A DNA stretch of 64,000 nt from Gnetum montanum (taxonomy: Eukaryota > Plantae > Gnetophyta). The DNA is taken from assembly GCA_015680685.1 (NCBI GenBank), contig MNCI01003059.1, positions 123,043-187,042 of the forward strand, in the 5' to 3' direction. The translations under genes were made by a program, and so were the position numbers. Shown here in pieces: positions 27,528 to 37,680 of the stretch (the first letter of the stretch is position 1; each line of letters starts with the position of its first letter). The notes beneath the pieces are model-generated. The model did no database searches and had not been told where the DNA came from. It was given only the letters and a program-made list of their open reading frames with translations.

Positions 27528-28097
27528 TCAACTTCTGCATTCGGGAGTCCACAAGAGCATTTCATGCACACCATTAAACTTGCAACTTCCTTCAGCAGCA
27601 GCAACATGTCTAGAGGTGCTGCGGGTTGAGCTGTGGTGGGCATGGCAGGGTGCGCGGCATTCGCATGGGCGCTCTGCTGGGCGCAAGATTTGAAGCTCTA
27701 GAGGTTTGCCTGAATGCGGCTTGAGAAGTAGATCGTGCACTGCTGTTGTGGCCGCGACCTCGGCCACAGTCTGGACCGTGAGACCGTCCATGGTAGGAAT
27801 CAGATCTAGAAGCAGTGAACCAGGCAGGCGGTGGAGCAAACGCAGGAGCAAAAGGCCACGCAGTTCTGGACTCAGATCCAGATCTACCAGAGTTGATTCC
27901 CCCGTTTGCAAATCTGGGATTAAACCCACATCTGGAATCAGATCTGAAACCAGCACCGGGGAAACTCTGAAAAGAGGATCTAGGAGCGCTTGACCATCTG
28001 CCATGAGTGCCACGCTTTGGTGGCTGTGTGCTGGGGTTGCTGTGCCGTGCTCTTGTGGCTGTGAGGCAGCGGTAGTTGTGGGCAGCAGGGTCTGCAT
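27528..28097 (-). CDS. Antisense 189-aa ORF in the LINE 5' UTR (ORF0-like, unverified)
   Basis: ATG-initiated open frame lying entirely within the 5' UTR. No recognisable domain. Confidence 0.25.
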   Translation of the reverse strand: MQTLLPTTTAASQPQEHGTATPAHSHQSVALMADGQALLDPLFRVSPVLVSDLIPDVGLIPDLQTGESTLVDLDLSPELRGLLLLRLLHRLPGSLLLDLIPTMDGLTVQTVAEVAATTAVHDLLLKPHSGKPLELQILRPAERPCECRAPCHAHHSSTRSTSRHVAAAEGSCKFNGVHEMLLWTPECRS

Positions 28098-28165
28098 TGT
28101 GGTGCTATTGCTGCAGGTTGTACCAGGGCTACCACTGCGTTCCTACTGGCATTGTGCTAGTTCCA

Positions 28166-29302
28166 ATGGACGAGGAGCTCCTTTCAAGCAAGGATATGGA
28201 CGAATCTTCAGCGGCTGCTACTTCTTCTCCTCAGGGAAGTTCTCCTAAATCAGAATCTTTGGATTTTCTTTTACCTGAAGATATTTTTGACTCTATTTCT
28301 CAAGACTTTTCTGCACGTTTTATTTTTTTTCAAATAGTAGGTTATCTACCTCGATCATTAAGCATCAATTTGCATATTAAAACTATTTTACAAGCTCACG
28401 GAATTCAAGTTTCACATGCTCGATATTATGCTCGTAATTTTGTCCTTGCTGAGCTTTCGGAGGCTTCTCAAATTGAGAAAGCTCTCTCTCTCCAAATTTT
28501 CCTTGCTCGTAATGCAACCCTCATCGCCCGGGCCTGGAAATTTGATTTCAATGTCAGCGACCCAGCCTTTAATATTATCCCTTGTTATGTAGAGCTACCT
28601 CATCTTCCTTTAATCTTTTCACCTATTGAGCGAGACATAGTTAGCACCTTAGGTCGAGTCATCTCCGACCATGGAATTGAGGTTAACGGGGCTCACTATC
28701 GTCGCTACTGTATCGAACTAGACATTTCCCAAAAGAAAACCACTTTAACCTTAGGAGCTGGAGGCAAAGTTTTTAAACAAAAGGTAGACTATTTTTATCT
28801 TCCTAACTCCTGTAGCTACTGCCATCATGCAGAGCACCACATTTCCACCTGTCCCTTTCTAGCTAAGAAAAAATCTCAAACCAATCCTCCCAAATCCAAT
28901 CCTGTAGTCACTCCTCAACCTAACCCACCAATTTCTTCCATTAAGTTCGATTCTACTTCTAACAATGTTTCACACCTTTCTTCCTCATCTGCTCCCTTCA
29001 AGGCAAGAGTCTTTCAATCCCATTCTCTCATTAAGGCCAAGTCTAAAGCACCAATCATCCACTCACAATCAGTCCAAGACTCACTTTTACGTGATGAGTT
29101 TGTCATGGTAGGGGGAAGGAAAAGGGCCAAAGCATCTAAAACCACTACTCCTCCATCCTCTCCTTTGCCCAAAACTAACCCAGCTTTAACTGTTAACACA
29201 AGTAACTCCTTTGCAATTCTTTCTACTACTATGACACTTGACATTCCTAACCCCGATCCTTCTACTGCCCTATCACTCATAGCATCTAGAGCTTCTCCAT
29301 GA
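28166..29302 (+). CDS. LINE ORF1 (DUF4283-like region + CCHC zinc knuckle), intact, 378 aa from the first ATG
   Basis: IPCYVELPHLPL...LGRV, RYCIELDIS and CSYCHHAEHHISTC (CX2CX4HX4C). First in-frame ATG at 28166. Confidence 0.88.
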   Translation: MDEELLSSKDMDESSAAATSSPQGSSPKSESLDFLLPEDIFDSISQDFSARFIFFQIVGYLPRSLSINLHIKTILQAHGIQVSHARYYARNFVLAELSEASQIEKALSLQIFLARNATLIARAWKFDFNVSDPAFNIIPCYVELPHLPLIFSPIERDIVSTLGRVISDHGIEVNGAHYRRYCIELDISQKKTTLTLGAGGKVFKQKVDYFYLPNSCSYCHHAEHHISTCPFLAKKKSQTNPPKSNPVVTPQPNPPISSIKFDSTSNNVSHLSSSSAPFKARVFQSHSLIKAKSKAPIIHSQSVQDSLLRDEFVMVGGRKRAKASKTTTPPSSPLPKTNPALTVNTSNSFAILSTTMTLDIPNPDPSTALSLIASRASP

Positions 29303-32300
29303 ACTTCCTATCTTGGAATGTCTGAGGCCTAACTAATAGGCTTCATCGCAAAAGAGCCAGCAACTTTCTCTCTAGCCTAAATCTCACTTTGGATTTCCTC
29401 CTCCTCCAAGAAATCAAGAGCTCAGCTGAACAATTATCTTTTTCAGCCCACTGGTTTCTTCCCCATTCTTCTGTTCTTGCTACTTCGCATGAGTGTGGCA
29501 AAGGTGGCGCAGCCATTCTGTATCCAGCTTATTGGAAAGACAAACTCCTTCAGCACGGGTCCGATTTAGGTCACCGAGTGACCTGGGCTGTTTTCTCATC
29601 CTCACATGGTCCCTTCGGAGTTTGTTCTATTTATGCCCCCAATGACTCTACCGAACGCGCCCAACTGTGGCATGAACTCACTCATAGCCTCCCTTCTATT
29701 CCTTGGATTTTTGGTGGCGATTTTAACATGATGGAATTCTCTCATGACAAGCTCGGGGGTGTTTTCTCTCAACTTCCGCATCAAGAATTTCAAGCCTGGT
29801 CAAATTTTAAGAAACGTTTCTATCTTTCGGACGGCATCGCAAACACTGCTAGTGGCTCTCTAAACAGCTTCACTTGGAACAATCTTCGTAAGGGGCAGGC
29901 TCGCATTTATAGTCGGCTAGATAGGTATTACTTTTCCACCCTTTCTTTTTGGCAAACCCTTTCTACTACTAAAGTCCACCAACACGCAACCTTATCTGAT
30001 CATTTCCCTATTAGTTTATCTTTGCAGATCCATAATGACCACCAACGACAGAATTATCATCTCTTTAGGCTACATAGTCAATGTTTCTCTTCTCCTTCCA
30101 CCCAACAACTTCTTTCTAGCCTTTGGAACGCTGAACCAAGACCCTTAGGTTCAAAGGGTTGGATCCACTAGTGGCTTCGAACTACTAGTAGAGTTAGGAA
30201 TTTCGCCTGTCATTATGGTAAGGAAGTTGCCTCTCGCTCTCGGCAAGAGTACACCAACATATGCTCTACCATTGAGCACCTTAAGACCAAACTAACTGAT
30301 GATCCCTTCAATAGTCACCTTCAAGGGGAGCTTGCCAGAGCCCGTATTGCCTTTCAACATTGGGAAGTATATAAGGCACAAGGTGCTCTGATTAAAAGTT
30401 GACTCACTTGGCTAAACATTCAAGATGAGCACTGTAAGGAATTCTTTAAGTACCTTAACTGATCCTCCCCTTCACCCTCTTTAGATAAACTCTCCATAAA
30501 TGGTTCCTTTATCACTGACCAAAATTGTTTTCTCTCTTATCTTAAAGAACACTTTGAGGCCTTATTCACCACTACTCCTATGGATCCCGCATCCTTCGCG
30601 GCAGCCACTCTTAATTATCCTAAACTGGTTAATTCTTCTATGCTGACAATTTTAGAAGCCGATATTACTCTAGTTGAGCTTCGACAGGCTTGCTTTAACC
30701 TAAGCCCTGGGAAAGCCCCGGGTTATGATGGTTTTCCAGTCGAATTTTCCCAAAAGCATTGGGATCTAGTAGGTTCTAACCTCTTACATGTTATCAAAGA
30801 GGCTACGCTTACTGGTTCTTTGGGACCAATCTTAAACCAAGGGATTATTCGTCTTCTCCCTAAATCAGGAGATCCTACTTGTATCTCCAATTGGCGACCT
30901 ATCACCTTACTTAATGTGGTTTACAAAATTTGGGTAAAGTGTTTGGCCTTGCGATTAAAGAAAGTCCTTGCCTTTATTATTTCCCCCCAGCAGACTGGCT
31001 TTGTTCCGGGAAGATACATATTAAATAACGTAGTGGCTGCTTGGGAAGGTCTTAAGTGGGCTGAGGATGAGGGTCAGGATATCCTCCTGATGAAGCTTGA
31101 CTACGCTAAAGCCTATGATAACATTAAGTGGGACTTCATTATCCAAACCATGACTAAATTGGGTTTTGGCCCTAAGTTCATTCATATGGTAGAATGCTTA
31201 TTCTCAGATGCTACTGCGCGAATCGCGACTACCTTCGGCATCACTTCTCCCTTCTCTATTCATAGGTCTGTTAGGCAAGGTTGCCCTCTTGCCCCTTACC
31301 TCTTCATCATTGCGGCTGATTTTCTCTGTCATCAAATCAGCTTGGATATTCAAAACAATGTTTTATTTGGGGTTCATCTATCTTCTCCTCAACATCAGCT
31401 CCTCAATATGCATTTCGCTGATGACTCATTTTTCCTTATTCAAAACAATGCTGATAATGTGCAGTGTCTCTTGTCTCGAGTAGAGCAATATTGCTCCCTC
31501 TCTGGATCTGTCATAAATTGGCGTAAATCTTCTGTTTATAGCTTCACCAATAACTACAGTCATTTGCCCAATTATAGTTGGAAGCGTACTCAAGATCATG
31601 AGATCATTAAGCTCTTGGGAATCCCCTTTCGCTTTAGAGGCCCAACGTCCGAGCTCTGGGACCAAGTTCTTTCTCGAATTCAAAGAAAAATCGAAAAATG
31701 GAAAACCAAACCCCTCACCCTCGCCGGTAAGTATCTAATCTGTAAGTCTATTTGTGCCTCTACCCATGTTTATTATTCGTCATGTTGGGCCCCTTCCCAT
31801 GCTTCTTATCAAAAGCTTGAACGTTTATTTCGAGACTTCATGTGGTCGTCTAAGGACTCCCAAAAAGGCTTTCATCGTGTAGCCTGGAATATAGTAACTC
31901 TTCCTAAGAACAAAGGCGGATTGGGCCTTTTGAACTCCTTTAAGCAAGGTCTCACCCTTGTCGCTAAGTGGTTGGTTCAGCACCTGGATGCCCCCAATAT
32001 TATTGGGAATCTCCTTCAGTTAAGGCTTCGACAAGCATTCCCTAAGAATAGGTCTATCTGGAAGGGTATCCACCCTGTTAATTGGATCCTTTCTCCTCAT
32101 GACATTATCATTCCTGGAACACATGTTTTCAAAAGCATTTGGAAGGCTTGGCAAGTCTTACATTCTCATGTGAATTGGAACAATATTCATATCAATCCTA
32201 CTCTTCTTTCTAAGATTTGCCCTTGGTGGCTGCCCCTATGTCCTGCTCCTCTAGCCACCTCAAATGCCAGGATAGCCACCATCTGGTTTCAAAAGGGAGT

Positions 32301-32523
32301 TGTTTCCCTTAGATGTCTTCGTCTCACCAATCAGTGGATTACTTGGGATATGTTCGAAAACTTATATGAGGCTTCCAGAACTATGCACCATTGCCTTGAT
32401 AGACTTTATCACTTCATTCATCAGTATTTGCATTTGGATGCTTTGGTTCCTAGTCTCTTCTATGGTCTTCAGTGGATTAATGGATTGAACCTTTTACCCT
32501 ATAAACCACATGTGCCCTTCTAG
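29299..32523 (+). pseudogene. LINE ORF2 (APE endonuclease + reverse transcriptase), one frame with 4 internal stops
   Basis: Motifs MNFLSWNV*GL, LLQEIK, IYAPN, GGDFN, RLDRYY, SDHFPI, GKAPGYDG, WRPITLLN, KLDYAKAYD, RQGCPLAP, HFADD and GGLG. Internal stops at 29323, 30169, 30400 and 30460. Confidence 0.95.
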
Positions 32524-33180
32524 TTGTTGCATGATTCCTCTATGATTGTTAATCGCTACAATCTCGATCGGCTACATCAGAGTGTGTTATCATAATTTTG
32601 AGCATTTTGAGCTCTTTGTTGTTCTCCTGGTTTTATTAACTCGCAGTTCTTATGGATTCCCAGCATAAGGTTGCTCTTTGGAATGTACTCCCATAAGGTT
32701 GCTCTTTGGAATGTACTCCCACACCCTGAGAAGGATTATGTTTCAAGATGTTTTCTTTCAACATCTGCATTTGTCATTGTTCTTCTCCCTATTTATCTAT
32801 CAATATGTTCAAATGTTGATCATGTACTTAATCTCATTTAATTAATAAAATTCTCTTTTTGGGGTCCGACACCCCCCTTAAATTACAAATTGATTAACTT
32901 CCCGAATCCTAATTGAAAACTATATAGTATCTATAAAGACAACAAATTTTAGCGAGGAAGTGGTCGTGGTTCCGAAAAAGAAAAAGGAACCTGAAAAGAA
33001 CGAATTTGATAGATTTACAAAAAAAGAAAAATTACATATCAATTACCAGGTAGAACTTGATTAAACAATGCAAGGGCGATCGCTGGAGAGCAGAACCCTG
33101 AAGCACAAGGGTTTTACAGCAATACCAGTGCAGCAGGGCAGGCAGAGGAGCGACAGAAGTGTTTTCTGCCAACGCCAGGA

Positions 33181-33746
33181 ATGGCTGCCTACAGAAAGCT
33201 GTTGAGAAATCTTTTCGCAGACTTATCGTTTCACAGGAAAAGCGTCGGGGCCGGAAACAGAGCGCAGCAACAGTATCAGCATCATCATCAGCAATGGCGA
33301 GGAAGGTCTGTGGTGATGTCGCAGGCGGCGCTGGACGCGGCGGCAGAGAGAAGGAGGAGAAAGAGGAAACTCAGAATCGATCCGCCGCTGAGTGCTTTGC
33401 AGCGAAACAGAGAATATGCGAGACAAAATGCCGAACGCAACAAGAAGTTGCCGGAGCCCATAAATGTTCTCGTCGGCGACAGGCTCAGCTTGCATAACAA
33501 AATTCAGGTTCTTAACCGCGCCGGAAAGCTCAATGAGTCCATGCAGATGGCGCGAGAGGCCTTTTTTTCTCGTGTTCGGCCCACCGTGTTCACCTGTAAT
33601 TCCATCATGGGGTTTCTGCATCGCGCCGGCCATTATGATAAGGTCATTGAGTTCTTCGATTTCGTCAGGCAGGTCGGAGTTGTTCCCAACGTTGTTTCTT
33701 ACAATATCGTCCTCGGTAGCCTCTGCGAGCGCCTTGACTTGGAGAG
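33181..33746 (+). CDS. GRP23/NUWA-like: P-class PPR protein, GRP23/NUWA family, exon 1
   Basis: Organellar-targeting-like N-terminus. AAAERRRRKRKLRIDPPL...KLPE...LVGDRLSLHN...RPTVFTCN matches the conserved N-terminal block of Arabidopsis GRP23 (At1g10270) and NUWA (At3g49240) as I recall them. Donor AG|GTAGAA at 33747. Confidence 0.9.
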
Positions 33747-34454
33747 GTAGAAAGCGATATTTTTCTTTGTTAAAGGTTTTAATTTCGAAGAGTTTTGACG
33801 CTTTTAGGCCGTTTTCTTTAGCACGCAGGGGAGGATTGTGATGTTGCGTTTTGTTGGCATTTCCTTTGAAATTTATTGATTTTCTAAGTTGGTTTCTGAT
33901 CTCGAAATCGATGTTTAGGACTCTGGAACACGAAATGTTCCCGGAGCTACGGCTTTACTGCTGTAATTCTAGACAATGTGTCTGAGTGTTTACTTACAAA
34001 ATAGAAATCAATAAACAAAAGGTATTTGGTGTTGCTACATATGGTTGGAAGTGTTCGATGAAATGCTTCAGCATAAGAGGAATTCATTTAGCTTTCAGGA
34101 GGATTTCAGTTTCGGCAAATACCAAACTATGATACGTGTTTAAATGAAGTACTTACCTGATCCAAACTTGTATGATGCATTTTTGAAAAAGTTATTTTTC
34201 AACATACCTGAATAGTACACTTGTAGTCTTCCCAAAACGTAAACCGACCGAACATGCCAGATGGATTGGACTTCAATGCAAATGATTGCAGAACATTTTG
34301 CTTTCTCAGTATTAGCGTTGGTTAACATTTTACTTAATTTGGGAAGCTGCTGAGAAACTCTGGGGTGAATGGCATGTTTCTATATTTTGAAATTTCAAAC
34401 TGAATTTTTACATTGAGACTACTCCAGTTTCAGAATTCCTTTTACGGATTTTTT

Positions 34455-34770
34455 GTCTAGTGGAATCAAACCTGTGAACTATTGTGTCCTTAATTCAGCA
34501 TTGCTCACTGGAATCAAACCTTTTACCTGGTTTTTCCATGTCAAATCCGTTAGCTTCAGGAATTGTTTTGTCCATAGCTCAGCATTACCCACTGGAATCG
34601 AACCCGTGATTTTTTTTTGTCCATATCTCAGTGTTGTCCACTGGAATCAAACCTGAGGCCTGTTTTTATCCATAACTCTGCATTGGCTACTAGAATCAAA
34701 CATGTGACTTGGTTTTTCTATCCTAAGACTGTTAGCTTAGACTCTTACCCCTAAGATAATACCTCATTGT
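34455..34770 (-). repeat. Intronic SINE-derived array: one SINE head plus about 5 B-box-containing units
   Basis: ctcagcatt.cccactggaatc(a/g)aacc recurs at about 34456, 34495, 34578, 34627 and 34677. It is the reverse complement of B box GGTTCGATTCC and is homologous to 26465-26495. Confidence 0.65.
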
Positions 34771-34837
34771 AGTTCTTCATACCTTAAACAATGGCTGATT
34801 TCACTTTTTCTTAGGGCTCAATTGTAGACAAGTTTTC

Positions 34838-35098
34838 CTGTCCGCTTTACACACACTATTTATAAATTTTTAAACAATTATAGCATCCTCAAAGCAACGG
34901 TCTGTTTCCAAAGCATTAGTTTCTGTAAAAGAATGGAGAAATGCTTGCTTTTTGTTGCCATTCCTTCTGTCAGCCTTACACACACTATTATAAATTTGCA
35001 AACAATTATTGCATCCTCAAAGCAATGGTCTGTCCCCAGAGAATTAATTTCTCCAAAAGAGTGGAGAAATGATTGCTTTTTGTGCCATTCCTTTTGTC
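34838..35098. repeat. About 129-bp tandem duplication in the PPR intron
   Basis: ttacacacactatt.taaattt...gcatcctcaaagcaa...tggagaaatg.ttgctttt...gccattcc occurs twice. Confidence 0.9.
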
Positions 35099-35163
35099 AG
35101 CATTTATTGTTGGTTTTCTGTGACAATTTGCATGCTGTAACACATTCAGTTGTCTTTGAGCAG

Positions 35164-36310
35164 GGCCTTCGGTATGTTGGATATGATTGCTCAGGCTGAA
35201 ATGAATCCCAGTCACGTAACTTTTAGCCACTTGATGAAAGCACACTTTAAGCTTAAGAATTATGAAGATGTCATGAAGCTTTTTAGGCAAATGCTTGAAA
35301 AATGCTACGGTGCGGATCCTCCTACATACGCTGCTACCATCGAGGGTTTTGTTAACGGAGGTGCTATTGATCAAGCAGAGGAGCTCTACTTAGAGATGCG
35401 ACGCAGGGGTTCACTATTCAGTGAACCTGTATTTTGTAATCTGATACGTGGATTTTTTGCTGCTGGAGAAGAGCAGAAGGCATTGGATGTGTTTGAATTT
35501 ATTCCTGAGAAGGTACCTAGAACAACAATGTCCTATAATGCTGTCATGAATGGCTATTGCAGGGCCGGCCGAACACAGGAGGCACTTGCTTTTTTTGAAA
35601 AGCTCAAAGAGAGTGACTTACAACCCAATGCTGGATCTTATGCTGCCATTATGAGCGGTCATCTTGTTCAAGGACAACTGGAGGAAGCACAGAGGTTCTT
35701 TAGGTCAATTACTGATAAGGGTTGCCCTTTGGAAGCTGTTGCATATAATGTTCTCTTGGAAACATACTTCAGCAGAGGAATGTTTGAGCAAGCTGAGCAA
35801 CTTCTGGATGAAATGGTGAATCAGCAACATGAGGCTGATTCAACTACTTATACGTTATTTATAAATGATTACACCAAGCAAGATAAAGGGGACAGTGCCT
35901 TTGAACTGTTTAAGAGGATGCTTGATGCTGGCTTTAAGCCAGACGTTGCTATCTGGAACCGATGGTTTGGTATATTATGTGATGCTGGAAGAAATGATGA
36001 ATCTCTGCAGCTATTTAGACAAATGTGGGAAGGACAGCAGTGTTTGGATCTTACAACGTACAAAATATTGGCAGAAGGATTTAGCAGGGAAGGAAGACTT
36101 GATGAGGTCAAGAATGTTTTCCAAGAAGTTGTAGCAGTAGGGAGGCCTAAGCTGGGTGATGAGCTTAGTTCTGCGATCAATGCTTATATCGTAGAACCTT
36201 TTACAAAGATAACACAGACAGCAACTGCAGAACCTAGTTTATTAACTGCACAAAATCGGAATCCTGGAAACCAAAATGAAGAGAAATCAATTAGAGAAGC
36301 TACTATGTAG
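35164..36310 (+). CDS. GRP23/NUWA-like: P-class PPR protein, GRP23/NUWA family, exon 2
   Basis: Acceptor gcag|G at 35163. The phase-2 join gives LDLE-R-AFGML and completes a PPR motif. About 11 P motifs in total, no E/DYW domain, 570 aa spliced. Confidence 0.92.
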
Positions 36311-37326
36311 AGAGAGTTATTCATAAACATTCATTGTGGTTATGGAATGAGACATTTTCCTTATTCTTTTTGTAAAATGAAGAGCTGTGCATTGTTTTTT
36401 TCTTCTTCTAAATCCTGTTCCCTCTACAGAGCTACGTATAAGTTGCTAACGTCTGCTTGCAGACTTATGTTGCCTTGATGGGTAGTTTGGCTGGACGTTT
36501 TTCAGTTAGCTTATCTTGCAAAAGCTGGTGTTGGAAACGAAGCATCCAATATTTCGTCAATTGATTTGATGATAAATCATTGTACGACTGGTTCTTGCAA
36601 ACTATGAATTTTGAGTTTTTTATTTTATTATTTTTTTCTTGAGGATTTTCACCACCTACAAACGTTTCGCGTTGCATTGCTTGCAAAGGTTGTTTCAGGA
36701 TTCTTGAAGTTGCGGACAGGTAATGCTATGGCTATTTCTAACGTTGATACTCTTAAAGTTTGTTGTTGAAGTAGGGCAAATCCTTTGATTATTATTGCAA
36801 TGTGTTTTTGTTGTCAATCATCTTACCATTGTACACTTGGTTTAAGCATTGTACATCTTTATTCCATGTGATAGGCCTTGTCTTAATGACATGTCATTCC
36901 AATTGCTTTTTCAATTGTTCTAACATTGGCGGTAGTGGGATGGTGGGATAAATTATATCGTTTCACTGAGGAAAAAAAACTAATTGCTGTGGTAAAGCAC
37001 TTTAAGTTACAAAATGAAAATTCTGATTGACTTCAAACTTGTACCTGATATCATTTTCTCTCTTGTTCCTTTTTAATAGTTTGCTTTTTTCCCATAATTT
37101 TGAAATTAATATTTTTTCATGTTTTCTCCTTGTAAATTTCCCTGCTTTTGCCGACTGTGATAATTCACAACTTTTTAACGTCATGTCATGTAATGTCATA
37201 GGAGGCGGAGGTGGCAGCTTGTTTAAATTGCCTTGGCTTTTTTATTAATGGTAAATACTTTCCAATTGAGATATCTATCATAACTACACGATTACTACAC
37301 GATTACTGGGCTAGTGATCCCTAATA

Positions 37327-37503
37327 CAGAAAGTCTGCAACACCCCTCGAAACTGGTTGCTGAATTTTGAATCCGACCTTGATAGCAATTTAACTTAGAA
37401 ATTACATGAATTTTGGTACCCTAAGCAGAAAGTCTGCAACACCCCCTCGAAACTGGTTTTTGAATCTGACCCTGATAACAATTTAAGTTAGAAATTACAT
37501 GAC
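37327..37503. repeat. About 99-bp-period duplication downstream of the PPR gene
   Basis: cagaaagtctgcaacacccc.cgaaactggtt...ttagaaattacatga occurs twice. Confidence 0.9.
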
Positions 37504-37639
37504 TTTTCCATATAATTTTAACCTAGAAAATTGTGAGTGATAACTTACCAGGATTATGGGTTCAATTCTTTTCCATGAATTTATTTTATCTATTGATTTT
37601 TTTTTTCACATTGATTTCTTTTTCACAAAGTTCATTTAT

Positions 37640-37680
37640 CATAATCATCAGTCAAGCCTTGTTCCAACAAAATGGGGTAC
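37640..37680 (-). mobile_element. Tiny 3'-end remnant of an RTE LINE or its partner SINE
   Basis: Reverse complement accccattttgttggaacaaggcttgactgatgat resembles the RTE tail at 47921-47968. Confidence 0.5.

Larger units (their letters stand above)
27415..32878 (+). mobile_element. Full-length L1-clade LINE
   Basis: GC-rich 5' UTR, ORF1, ORF2 (endonuclease + RT) and AATAAA at 32844. 14-bp TSD taaattagaaattg (27401-27414) / taaattacaaattg (32879-32892) with one mismatch. Confidence 0.92.

Noticed and set aside
33159-33841. Overlapping alternative-frame and antisense ORFs over PPR exon 1
   Set aside because: Shadow ORFs of a GC-rich coding exon with no recognisable motifs.
36712-36730. Canonical donor CAG|GTAATG downstream of the PPR stop (possible 3' UTR intron)
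   Set aside because: An isolated motif with no transcript evidence or defined acceptor.
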